DNA of 63,990 nucleotides, filler included, from Atractiella rhizophila (lineage: Eukaryota): assembly GCA_021432655.1 (NCBI GenBank). It is 4 parts of 4 records of this genome, joined end to end, with 100 filler letters (N's around TTAATTAATTAA, not from the genome) between each part and the next. Parts side by side here need not be neighbours in the genome. Positions count along the whole stretch, not along the records: positions 32,642 to 48,822 come from MU271913.1; positions 48,923 to 63,990 come from MU271942.1; 2 more parts are not named here. One strand, 5' to 3'. Under the pieces are notes generated by a model. The model made no database searches. It was given only the letters and a program-made list of their open reading frames with translations, and was not told the origin of the DNA. The position numbers and the translations under genes are program-made. Shown in pieces: positions 41,714 to 53,504 of the stretch (the first letter of the stretch is position 1; the number at the start of each line of letters is the position of its first letter).

Positions 41714-43643
41714 TAGTGGTATGCCGATCTAATCTTTTTGATAATTAATGAACGTCCCTTTGATTTACATTTGACTCACACTCGAACAGAAGGAGCGCAG
41801 ATTCAAGTTGTTGACGAATTCAACTGGATTCAACAACGCTGAGCGCGGGACGCCAATAACCACAGATTTTGCTGCAGCAGCTTGTGGGGAACATTCTACA
41901 TGAAAAGTGGCTACTAATAACTATTTGGCATGGGAGAGCGGGAGAACGATCAAGAAACAATCCAAATTACTTTATGTCACGTGTGACTGTGCAGCCTTTG
42001 ATTTTTGGAACATCTGCCACTTTGTTTCAGAACAGGTGGGGCTGGACTGTTAATGGAATGTTAACCCCCATGTCCGTGCTGGCTGAAGACGTGAGAAACC
42101 CTTCTTGAAGACCTAAATTGAACGTTGAAGGGGATGACCAGAGAGCTCGGAGTAGAACTTGAGGACCTAATTGCATGTTGAAGTGGGCAACTAGAGTGCT
42201 ATGTGCAGAAAGTTGTTTGAAGGAAAAAGCACGTATTGGGACCGTAACACCACCATGGCAAAGATACCGGGAAAGCTCGAAGCAAATACAAGCAGAGCCG
42301 ATACTAAATATGGAGAAATACAAGCCACGGAAGTAAAGTAACCACTGGCAGGAATCACAACCGAGGAGACAGCGAAAATGTGCTGTTAGTTACAATAACA
42401 AAGTTCGAGGGCATTGACCAGCTCTCTGACTTCGACGGCGATGTTGGTGGCTGGGGAGCAGCGGCGGAAAAAGATTAACCTCCGCAGTGTCCCAAGCGCA
42501 GAGAAAGGGACTGAATGAGCATGAGCTCACAGCAGCTGGAAACGATCGACTTTCCATCGCCAGCGTAGCCAAACTCGCCGTACGTCTCATCGCTCAGTAC
42601 TGAGTGCAGCACTTTCAAACCACTGACGCAAGAGGAAATTCTGTTTGCGGGAATGCTCGTCGAGGAGCTCTGTGCTGAGATGTTGGAGATGCCCAAGTGG
42701 TCAAGACCGTCAGCTGAAGACCAGCACGACCTGGGGACTTACCCGGCCAGTAGGTAAATTGAGATGGAGACGACTCTCCTGAAGGGCGTAGCGCTGATGG
42801 TGGCGTTGAGAGGTCCCGAACGCTGTAGGTATAATCAAGATTCTTCATGATTTGTTTCATTGTGCAGCCGATATTGGGACAACGACTTGCCGATTCCTTC
42901 ATCATATCCCTGCGTGTGTTATGCTGTCAAACTCGAACTCGGCCAAGCATTTGAAGCTGGATCTTTCTAACCCTTCTAACCATTTCTTGGTAGGATATCT
43001 ACCAGTTTGCACATCGTTATGCTTTTCGTCTACCCTTCTCGAGCTACAAGAGCAGAAAGATCTTGAAGAGGTCTTGACGCAATTCCCCTTTTGCGCATTC
43101 CACAAAAGTTCAACATTTTTGCTTGCTGTAGAAGCTTCCATGAGAACCGGATGAATTCACCCTGTCGCTCTGCGAGCTATTGGATTCTCTACATTACGGC
43201 CCGTTTGGGGCGGGCGTGGTATTGAACGCCATCGAGATTCAGAAGTTATAGTAGTCGGGTGGACTAGAGATTATTTAGATGACGAAGCAGAGATTCTAGC
43301 GGCGAACAAACAGCATTTCTTCGACCTGGCGTTTTGGCAGTCGGGAGTAACAGTTGGAGGAGCTCACGGAGGAGATGGGCATGGCACTTTCCATGAAAGG
43401 TATACTTCACTCCTGGTTATTCGTAATGTTGCTTACTGTTATCGTTCTGCTGCAGAAATTGAAAGCTTTTCGATGCAGAAGATCGAAACTGACATAATAA
43501 CACATTCAAGGATAAACGATTGCTATGCTTCTCATGAGCCTGAAAAGTCACCGAGTACTAAATATCTCAATCCTCTCTTTGCAATGAGATGATGAACGGG
43601 ACGCGAAGCTGTGTGAAGTCCGCCGGATATCTGTGCGCTGACA

Positions 43644-44442
43644 TCAGAATCTCAAAATCTTATTCCTAACTTCATCCAAAGTCCAGTACTTTGACATGTT
43701 CTCGTATTCTAAGCTCTTGACCTCAGCATCCAAATCTGTCAACATTCTATGCTCAGAGCTGTCGCTCTATGGTGAAAGAAGAAAGCGCACGATAAAAGAG
43801 AATCTTTTCAAAGGAATCCATGATCTCCCTCAACTTCGAAGCGGAATACTTGCTTGAATCAAGTTTACACTCCTTAACATATTCTCCATATTTGTCCAGA
43901 CCTGTCACGAAGAATTCCTTAATCAGGGCATTGAAAAGGGGGGACAGGAAAGAATGGACCTGCGTGAATTTTTCGGTGTTCATCGGGGTGTTTATCACCT
44001 GCTAGTTTCTCAGCCTTTCATCATATGAACACAACCACCCCACCTCTGAATTCAGGCATCTTCTCGGCTAGAATTGGGAACAATCGTGCCTCTGATCTTT
44101 AACGTCAACACCGAAGAGCAATCAAGGAGGAAAGAGGAACCTTCGATGCCGTGATGGTTCGATAAGCCAATGAAGAAGCTTTCAGCGAAACGCAGAAAGC
44201 TACCTATATCAACTGTGTTTAAACTATTGCAAAGGAGAAAAGTACGCATTCAATCAACACTGACTTAGGGAACAAAATTCGTCTCTCCAGGCATTATCGT
44301 TCGTAGTATGAGAATAGATTTCTCGAAAACACTGTCGAAAGTTTTCATGGAACTGTGACATCACGTCATGGAGGTAATTCCAGTCTTCGAGTTCATCAGG
44401 TGAGGGCTTTGGACCAGCGGGAGATGTCGCTGCAGCCGCCAT
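43644..44442 (-). CDS. Hemerythrin-like (HHE) domain protein
   Basis: Spliced MSQFHENFR, LSNHHGIEEARLFPILA, EHRKIH and FYHLDAEV...ENMSKYWTLDEV give the H...HxxxE...H...HxxxE metal-ligand pattern. Confidence 0.85.
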
Positions 44443-45714
44443 TGTGTGGCGTGGTCACAAGCAAATGTGGGAGGAAGAGAGCGGGGGACGAGCATTATGA
44501 CATGACAAAGGAGGCCGTCTTGATATCTTCCATCCTTATCCGGGCCCTGGAACGCTTCCGGGCAGGAACATGACATAAATTCGCTGCCAGCCATCGCATA
44601 AACCGAAGTTGGTTGTAAGCATCCATTCATCCGCGGTCAGCCCTCTGTGACCGGGGCCGCACAGCATCTCTCCCGTCTGACACCTTATGTGAAGTGAAGA
44701 TAAGAGAAGGAAGAGGGGAAGGATTAGGTGAGAACACTCTGAGGAATCATAGTCCTTTGAGCACTATTATCTTTCGTAGGACTTTCATATGTATATTCCT
44801 CTTTGGCCATTCGGCTTCACTGTGTTGCCTCGTCAACAAAGCTTATAACAGCTTAGAAAACCAGATCACAATTGGAGAAAATGACGCTCGATCCTTAAAA
44901 TTCTTGCCGCCGCTGAATTCGTGCTTGGTTGAAGAGACAAATAATTAGCTCGAGAGATGAAATCAAGACGACGTGGTCGGAGGGGATGGTTTACACAAAA
45001 GGCAACAACCAAAGCTCTCAGATAGCTGTTGGGTTCAGTGCTGACAGTGCTGACCATCAAGACAAGTGCCTCATTGGAGAAGAAGGATAGATAAATCCTT
45101 GTTTGAAAGGATCGTGGCTCCATTTATTGTTGTCTGCGCAAACTGAAGAGATTGAGAGAGCTGCCCGCACAGTAGCTCACGACTCGGAAGGGAAAGGATC
45201 AAGAAAGTACTCTCCGAACTAAACGGACTCAGATTGTGCTCTAAGCAATGAAACTCTTAAACAGACAAGTTGAGCCTGAAGGAATCCTAGGCATGGCATC
45301 GAGGCTTTGGCTCAAAAGCATGATAAAACCTTCAATTTGCAGGAGGCAGCAACAGTTTCCATCCTCTTCTTCTGGCCCAGGTAAGAAGATAACGGAGTGA
45401 GAGCACACGGTGGTCACTGGTCCTGTCAGCAGAGCCTCTTGCCTTCCATCGTTGTTCCAGCCAGCTGAAAGCAGCGATAACAAGAAAAGCCGGGGAACGA
45501 GAAGCATACCATATCAACATACTACCGGAGCTCTACTGTCATCCAATAACATTGAGCATGACCATCCCTCTTAATCAAATCAGAACAAGTAGTTCTTGCT
45601 TCTCCTTCAGTCGGCTCCGTGTCTCCGTCCACAAACGACCAAAACAACGACGGTGCCCTCCATAATCACCGACTCTCTCGAAAACCAGACTATTCTCGCT
45701 TCGGGACTTCAAGA

Positions 45715-48409
45715 ATGTCGCTATACGGCGGTATATCTTTTGCAGGATCCAAGGCGGTCGCCGTTCCCGAACCCCCCGCTCAAGCTGCACAATCTGCGAG
45801 ATCAACTTTGGAGGGTGCTTTGGGGAAAAATGACTTGGAAGAGGTGGCTAAGGAACGTGTTAAGGATTTGAGTGAGAAGGGTCACAGAGAGGCGGGAAAG
45901 GAGGAAGTGAAAGGGGCGGAAGAGGCGAAGGAGAAGGAAGGACATGGTGGTGAGGAAAAGAAAGGGGAGAAAGGTCGGTTTTCTTCGTGTGGAATTGTAG
46001 ATGTGAAGACCGGTTGTTGAAGTTCCTTCTAAGAAAAAGGAGGGGACGTGCAGGAGTTCGAGAGCTCTGGCACTGTTACATTCAACCTGGTTCATCGCGT
46101 TGTTTGCCCTTTTAGCGCTTGACAAATATCCGTCTCTGTCCTCAAATCGAGCACCTGCCTTCTCGAATAATGCAACTTGTTTGAGAGGATTTGCTCGACA
46201 CTGAGAGCTTTGTGGGGATTTTACACAGGCTCCCATTCTGGAGTGATGTCGTTCGCTATCTTCCACAATACCCATGAGCCTTGATCGGCAAGTCTTGCGA
46301 ATCTGTGGTCGAGTTAGGGACGAGATGCAAGCCCCCCTTCCAAAAGGGCCAGACAGAAATAGCCGTTCCAAATAACATTCCTTCCATCTGCTTCGAGCAA
46401 GAGACACTTGGACCGTTTGGCAGCAACTTATGCACGACGGCCGAGGAAACTTCTTGCTCCAGACCTGTGGGGCTGGAATTGCAATCCAGCCGACAACGTT
46501 GCCAAAGTCTAAGGACACAGTACTGATCGTAGTGATTTCTCCACCAGTGTGGTCTTCCTCGTTACGCTTTGCCCCCATCAAACGCAAGCAGCCCTCGACT
46601 AATGTTCAAGTTCCAAAATCTGGAATGTCAACAGCCGCCGTCATCGCCGCGTCAACCTCGAACCTCGACTCCAATCCTCCTCCACAACCTCTAGCTCAAA
46701 CCTCACTGCCCGCCGGCATGACAGTCAAGAAAATAGTCCCTCCACCGCTCACCCTTCCAGGAGAAGAAGAAGATGTGAATGGGTTCCTGAAGACCGATGC
46801 GGGTCGACGAGCGCAGAAATCGACTTCGAAGAAAAAGGTCTTTTTCTTTGCCCTCCTTAAATGATGAGAGCTCAGCCTTTGCTTTGTTTCGACTTCGTGA
46901 GCATAGAAAAAGAAAAAGGGCGGGAAGGTTAATGAACCTGAGCCTGTGAGCTATGACGCGGAGTACGATCCGGCTAAGCCTAATGACTACGTACGTTTGT
47001 TTGTTTATTCTGTTGGATGGAACGACAATGTTGATTGATGTCGCAGTTTGAATGGCTTGAGTATCAGAGACAGAAACGAGAAGAAAGACAGATGGAGAGA
47101 CAGAGGGAGAAGGAGCGGAAGAGGAGGAGGAGCAGTGAATCTGACTATTCCAGCGACTATAGCGATCGAAGTCGAAGCAACTCTCCACGCGAGACCAAAC
47201 GAGCTAAAGGTCTGCCCATCCCAGTCGTTCAGAGCACTGATCAACTATTATTTTTTTTTGCGCATAGTTGGAATGTTTGCTCCGCCGAAGAACTACGATT
47301 CTACTCCTCCTCAACCAGAAGCATCCTTCGCACCGCCGCCTGAAGAGACGGGCGAAGCGGCCTACGCTCGTCGGGTCGCTATGGCGCCAATGAACGAGAC
47401 TGGGGAAGACGCCTACGCCCGTCGTCTGGCGATGTCGAAAGCTTTACCTCCACCACCACCTCCGAGTTATCCTCCTCCGGAACTCATGCCAGGTACCGTA
47501 TACCGCGGCCCAGAGCTTCACTTTCAACGACAAATGGCTCCAAAACCTGCGGAGCCTTTCGATGACGGTGGAATCCCTCCTGCTCCCCTAGCGAGTGAAT
47601 TGAGCCCGCCATTACCAGTTGCCGCACCTGCTTTTAACCTTAGCGAGGCTCAACAGAAGGCGAAGGCGATTGCTGAGAAATTGAGCAAACTTGGTGCTCA
47701 ACCTCCTCAACCAGCCCCTCCGCCACCGCCTGCCCCAGAAGAAAAGTCAGCTATATTCACTTCCCCCATTCAAGAGTGTAAGAAAGCTAACATGCGCATG
47801 AGCTAGTGATGGACCGAAAGACTTTGCTTCACGATTCATGGCAAAATACGGTTGGTCTGAAGGTCAAGGACTAGGAGCTGTAGGACGGGAAGGAAGAGTG
47901 GATGCGTTGTCGATTGCTCAACCCACGAAGGAGAAGAAAGGAAAGGGGAAGAACAAGGCTGAGCCTGCTCCCACTCCGAAGGTGGGCTTGAGAGGGAATG
48001 TGGTGGATACTGCCAGGGACCAGAAGAGGGCTGAGGAGAAGGACAAGTACGGTGAACCTAGTCGGATCGTCCTTCTGAGCAATATGGTGGAGCCTGATCA
48101 GATTGACGATGACCTTCCTGGTGAGATCGGTACGTCCATTCGTCTCCCACTCCCAGTATGCACGATGTTGATTGGTCTTGGTTAGCGGAAGAGGCTGGGA
48201 AGCATGGGATCGTCGAACGCTGTTTTATCTACACCCTGCCCACGTATGGGAACGTCGAGGACGCAGTTCGAGTCTTTGTCGTCTTCTCAGGGATGGCTGG
48301 AGCCTACATGTCTTTGAAGCAATTCGATGGCCGATTCTTCGGGGGTAGGGTGGTTAAGGCTCGCTTTTACTCAGAGAAGGACTTTTTCAGTGCTCGTTAT
48401 GATCGATGA
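45715..48409 (+). CDS. SPF45: Splicing factor 45 / RBM17 (SF45 motif, G-patch, UHM)
   Basis: MSLYGGISF start; WSSSLRFAP; EYDPAKPNDY; G-patch FMAKYGWSEGQGLG; UHM IVLLSNMV...VRVFVVF...FDGRFFGGRVVKARFY. First intron 45974-46547. Confidence 0.9.
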
Positions 48410-48822
48410 AATTGGATGCCTTGAACTTGATTCCAGCTTTCCTACACAGTCGCTAGTAGTACATACAGCGGACGAAAATGAACGCCTCAAAGATCCCATA
48501 TCTGTCATGCAAGCAACAACTGACTAAAAACTGGCTCGGATACTGACCTGAGAGCGCCAATACGAGCATTTTGTGGCTTGGCCTCGGTTAATATGGACAG
48601 ATTTGCGACCACAACCAGAATTGAATCACAACAAACTGCTTTCACGTCCACCGCCTACTTCTTGCAAATCAAGCAACATCACATCGTCTTTCCAGGAGAC
48701 ATCCCAAAACTGGTTATGAACCGCCTGTGAAAGCGAACAGGCAACCTTTTCGATGGCACACGCTCCTACAACGCGCAATTTAGCACACGTCCTTCGTTCG
48801 TCCCTAAGGACAAAATACAGAG

Positions 48823-48922
48823 NNNNNNNNNNNNNNNNNNNNNNNNNNNNNNNNNNNNNNNNNNNNTTAATTAATTAANNNNNNNNNNNNNNNNNNNNNN
48901 NNNNNNNNNNNNNNNNNNNNNN
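48823..48922. other. Artificial contig-joining spacer
   Basis: 44 N + TTAATTAATTAA + 44 N. Confidence 0.97.
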
Positions 48923-50565
48923 AACAACAACGGAACGGTCGTAGAGGATTTTACTGCTTATGCTGAGGCTGTTTTCAAGCGATTGGGCAACAAGGCTCGT
49001 TGATTTGATGTTCAATATTGTGCGACCAGTTGACAAGGATTGCAGGTTACGACTTGGTTCACTTTCAACGAACCAAGGTGAGGGGCATGGTGTTCGCATG
49101 GATAGGGAATGTTAACCTTTTTCTAGAGTCTACTGCTCGATGTATGGCGGTCCTCCATTCAGTCAAACCTCGTACGGCGGCAAGTGGAACGCTACAACAG
49201 CACCTTACCCCTGCACTTATAACGTATCGTTGTCTTGCATCTTATTTCGTCGTGACTAACAAAGCATTTATACAGGTGCTGAAAGCTCATGGGCATGCGG
49301 TCGCAGCTTACCGACAGCTAGTCAAGGACGGTACGATCAAGGCTGGCGAGATCTCCTTTAAAAACGATGACTCTCACCGTAATTTGTCTTCCGTCCCTTA
49401 TGAAACTGGCTGACTTCCAACAGCCGTACCTTGGGATTCATCCAACCCTGCTGATCAAGAGGCTGCTGATGTGAGTTGTTTGCAGCACATTCAACTCGTT
49501 GCTAACATTGCTAGAAAGCGCCACTTCGCTTTCCAAATCGGAATCTTCTCTGAGCCCGTCTACGCATCTTGCGACTACCCAGGAGTAGTTCTGGACACAA
49601 TCCCTGCTGATATCTTGCCACGATTAAGCGACGAGGATAAAAAATACATCTGCAAATCTGCAGACTTCTACGCCATTGATGGATACAGGACGAACGTCGC
49701 AAAAGAAGTTCCTGGTGGAATTGACGCCTGTAAGCACAATTTAACGAACCCCGCATGGCCTATCTGTCAAGACACCTCAAACAATGGCCAATACACTTTG
49801 AAGAATGGCTTTTCGCTCGGAACGCCAGCCGACCCGTTCGCTAATTGGTGCGTCACCTGAAGCCCCAATTCCTCTCGCTCACCCAAGCTTAGGTTATACA
49901 ACACTGCACCTTTCGTAAGACAGCAATTTAAGAGTCTGAACAGCAGCTTCCCGTCGCCCAAGATTTACCTAACCGAATTTGGATTCGCCAGGTATGCATA
50001 TGGCTTTTTCGATTTCATTGCTCAGACAATTTGCAGGGAGTTTGAGTACCAGAGACAGGAACTATACCAGGTTTGTCCTTGCATCTGCAGACTCGAGATC
50101 ATGCTCTGAACCCTCTATAGATCACTTGGGATTCAGGTTTGCCTTCTTAGCCTTTCTTAACGGAATCAGCTTACAGCGAGAGGTAATAGACAGGACTGCT
50201 TACTTCAACGATTATTTGACTGAAGTACTTCTCGCTATCCATGAAGATGGTCTCAACATCGGTGGAACGTGAGCATATTCCCTTCAAACCATTGACCCAT
50301 TTAACGTAGCCTAATAGTTTCGCTTGGAGCTTGGTCGATAACTTGTTAGAACTTGTCCATAATGCTTGAGCTTCGACTGACTTTCTTCTAGCGAATGGAA
50401 CAGTGGATTGCAGCAAAGATTTGGCCTCGTAAGTTGTCTTCCTACACGCAGTGTGAAGTCTAACGTGTGCGATAGCAATACGTCAATTACAGCTCTCCGA
50501 CCATCGAACGCCACTACAAGTTGTCTTTCCTTTCTATGAGGGATTTCTTCAAGAATCACCTCTAA
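48923..50565 (+). CDS. Glycoside hydrolase family 1 beta-glucosidase (5' truncated)
   Basis: DFTAYAEAVFKRLG, TWFTFNEP (acid/base), VLKAHGHAV, IYLTEFG (nucleophile), FAWSLVDN, EWNSG...RFG; stop TAA 50563-50565. Confidence 0.93.
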
Positions 50566-50750
50566 GGTGAAAAGTAGCTGTTGTCATGTAGATCAACGTA
50601 AACGTAAACCCAATTCGATGTTATTATGCTATTTTACAAGAACGTGGATTGCAACGACAAATCTAAATTAGATGTGTGAAACCAAGGAACCGTGTGTTTG
50701 CGATTTGCGACAGGCCACCATGATGAATGAATCGACCACCTAACAGCGTT

Positions 50751-52506
50751 CTAGCCATGACAGCCTGGCCACTGAAGGTAATACGGAGGATGAATTTGGG
50801 ATGGTATGGGAGGAGGATGAGGATAGGTTAGGAGGGGAAGAGAAGGAGGATCGGTTGGGAGGGCGAAGGGTTGGCGGGGGTACATAGGAGCTGGTGGATG
50901 TGGATAGTATGCTCCGTAACATGGTGGGGAGATGTGGGCTAGCGGAGGGTGAGGTGTATTCGGATCTAGTAACCCAGGTTGATAGGGCTCCAATGGATGT
51001 GGTTGTTGATACGCCAGAAAGTAGTTAGGAGTCGTCTCCAACTGGCACGGTGGCGGTGGCGCGTATTCTCTTGAATAATTTGCTATTGTTTCTGATCCGC
51101 TATGACATGGCAAAGATGCCGGCGATGACGGTTGATACTCATGAGACACACCTACGTGTTCATGCAGCGAACCAATGGGTGGAGCATACGATGTGGGCGA
51201 TAGTGGCGTATGTCGAGATGGCTCCATAACAGACGGTGCAGAGGACCTATGCCATCCGCGTTTCCCATGACGTCCTCTCTGAAAAGGTCTACCACACATG
51301 CCCCTTCTGCGTCTCGAACCAGTGCACCCGCGTTTAGAATTGTTTCTACTAGTCAGGGACCTCGACGTATCAACATCCGGATCAGCGAGAGACAGGTCCC
51401 TCTTCAACGATCTCTTCAGGCTTGAGGTGATGGCTGAAAGTCCTGGTAAAGGTGGCACTTCCAGTGGAAGAGATGGTTCATTGCTAGCAGAGGGAGAATG
51501 AGTGGAGCATGAACGAGGAACTGAAACGTTTTGACGCTTTGCAAACGGTCGTGATGCGTTCTTCCTCTGGAATGGATCTGACGAAACTGGTTCTTTGAAA
51601 TCAGGCGCTAGAGGAGAAGATACCTAAGGAAACAATGAAGTCAGTCACCTAACAGAGGAGACGGAAAGGATGCACAGGACTAAGATGTAAATCATCAAGC
51701 CAACCGTGCCCAGAAGTCCGTTCGCAGGACATCGCTCGAGAGTGAATATTAATCTTCTCTGCGTTGGGATGAATCGCCTTTGATTCTAGAGGAGGCTTAA
51801 AGGCTCCCTTGTTGGATGGCGAAGGTAACCTAGGATCCACCCTAGGATCTTTCGTCCTCGGTGTCGAAGTGTGAAGTGACTCAGGAAGTGACACTGAATT
51901 TCGCGTGACAGGTCCATCAAAGAGGGGGTAAAGTTGGCGCGGAGCAACAGCGGCATTAGACACTGGAGGGGCTTCTGCTAAACTCTTCCACGTTTCATGA
52001 AACCAACTGAGAGCAAGTGAACTTCCACAGAAAGGTTTCTTGTTCAAAGTACGTATTGCTTCTGAAGCGCGTTGTTCCGATCGGAATGTAACTAGAGCTT
52101 TCCCAAGGCTCTGGCCTGACCTCTCATCTCTTGAAAGACTGATGGATGAAATGTGTTCCTGGTAGCTGGAGAATAAAACGGTTAGCACTTCCTCGTCAAC
52201 GTGAGTCGTCAATCCTTCGACAACCACTTTGAAGTGAGACGTCGTATCTTCCGTCGAGGTAGCTGGCTTTACAGGAAAATGTACTATGAGAGGGATGCCA
52301 AAAATCTTGAGATTGTTGAGAGCTCGTACGGCCGTTTCTGCTGATTCAGGTTTTTTGAACTGGACTTCTCCGTATTTCGTTCTTTCTCCCTCTTTGTGCG
52401 GGAAAAACCTAATTCTGTTGACGGCGCCAGCAGAAGCTTCGAAGATCTTCTTCAGTTGGGAAACAGTGGCATCGATGGCAAGATTATCCACGATAACTGT
52501 GGACAT
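50751..52506 (-). CDS. Two-RRM RNA-binding protein with Pro/Tyr-rich C-terminus
   Basis: RRM1 VIVDNL...KYGEVQF...AVRALNN; RRM2 VVVEGL...SGQSLGKALVTF...AIRTLN; one intron near 51625-51675. Confidence 0.75.
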
Positions 52507-53445
52507 TCCGGACTCGCCCAACAAGGGAGCAGCTTTGAGAGGTGCTGGGGACAACTGATCGAGTACTGACTGTAGGACTATCTGAAGATAGTACGTTTCT
52601 ACAAGCCAGCGCGCAGAGTGGAAAAGCGAGGTCGTGAGTGGCAGAAATATTGTTCTCGAGAAAAGGGATGTATGACTAATCAAATAAGGTTACAAACAGT
52701 CCGAATTTTCTCACGACCTATCTAAAACAAACAACCAGTATGCAATTATTATAATGCAGCGTCGGAAAGCCGTTCACCACACAGTCGAAGTCCACATCTG
52801 CTTGAATTAATGAGGCAATGTCTCGTACGCCCGACTTCGCGACGTTTTCTCCTTCTTCGCACAATGCAAGCACTTTTGGCTGCTGCATCCGCTTCATTCA
52901 ACATTTTACGCAATTATTTCCTCAGATTTTGCAGCATCCGAGAGCATTTTCGTCGTCCAAAACAATAGTAAACAAAGCGATGCCAACAGTTTTGTATCAG
53001 GTATCGTCATCCCATCCCAGCCAAGGGCAACACTTGAATATTATGAGGTATTTGCATTGATGTGTTGGCTATTGGCTAAAGCAATGAGTACAAGCCTGAG
53101 TACAAGCGGAAGTTGGTGTCTAGTATGTTTGGATTTGCCAATGCCTACAACGCGGCCGTGACGTTTAACAGGAATTCTGAATCAAAACAGGATCTCATCA
53201 CATCTCCGACTTGAAAAAATCTACAAATAAATGCATCGGAGTCTTCGTTGAGGCACAAACAAAGCACAAACTGTACTGGGAAGTACAAGTTCGCGCATTC
53301 TGGACTAACTCTCCTCGAGCCCAAAAACGTCGACAGGTGCCGTAACAATACTTCTCTTTTTTATCAATCCTCCCTTTTTGGCATGATGTAACAATGTTTG
53401 CCTCTTCACTGCTCTGAAGCGGACAATTAATAGTGATACGAGAAA

Positions 53446-53468
53446 GCTGATGCGCTGATGCGCTGATG
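53446..53468 (+). repeat. Short tandem repeat (GCTGATGC) x ~3
   Basis: GCTGATGC GCTGATGC GCTGATG read directly. Confidence 0.7.
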
Positions 53469-53504
53469 ATGTAAGAAATGCAACATCCCTGCTCTCTCGT
53501 TCCT

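Noticed and set aside
46048..46072. GAGTTCGAGA, tRNA T-loop/B-box-like, in the SPF45 intron
   Set aside because: No 5-bp T stem or cloverleaf can be formed.
47345..47437. Tandem ETGE(A/D)AYARR(V/L)AM peptide repeat
   Set aside because: Appears to be a normal motif of fungal SPF45 proteins rather than a novelty.
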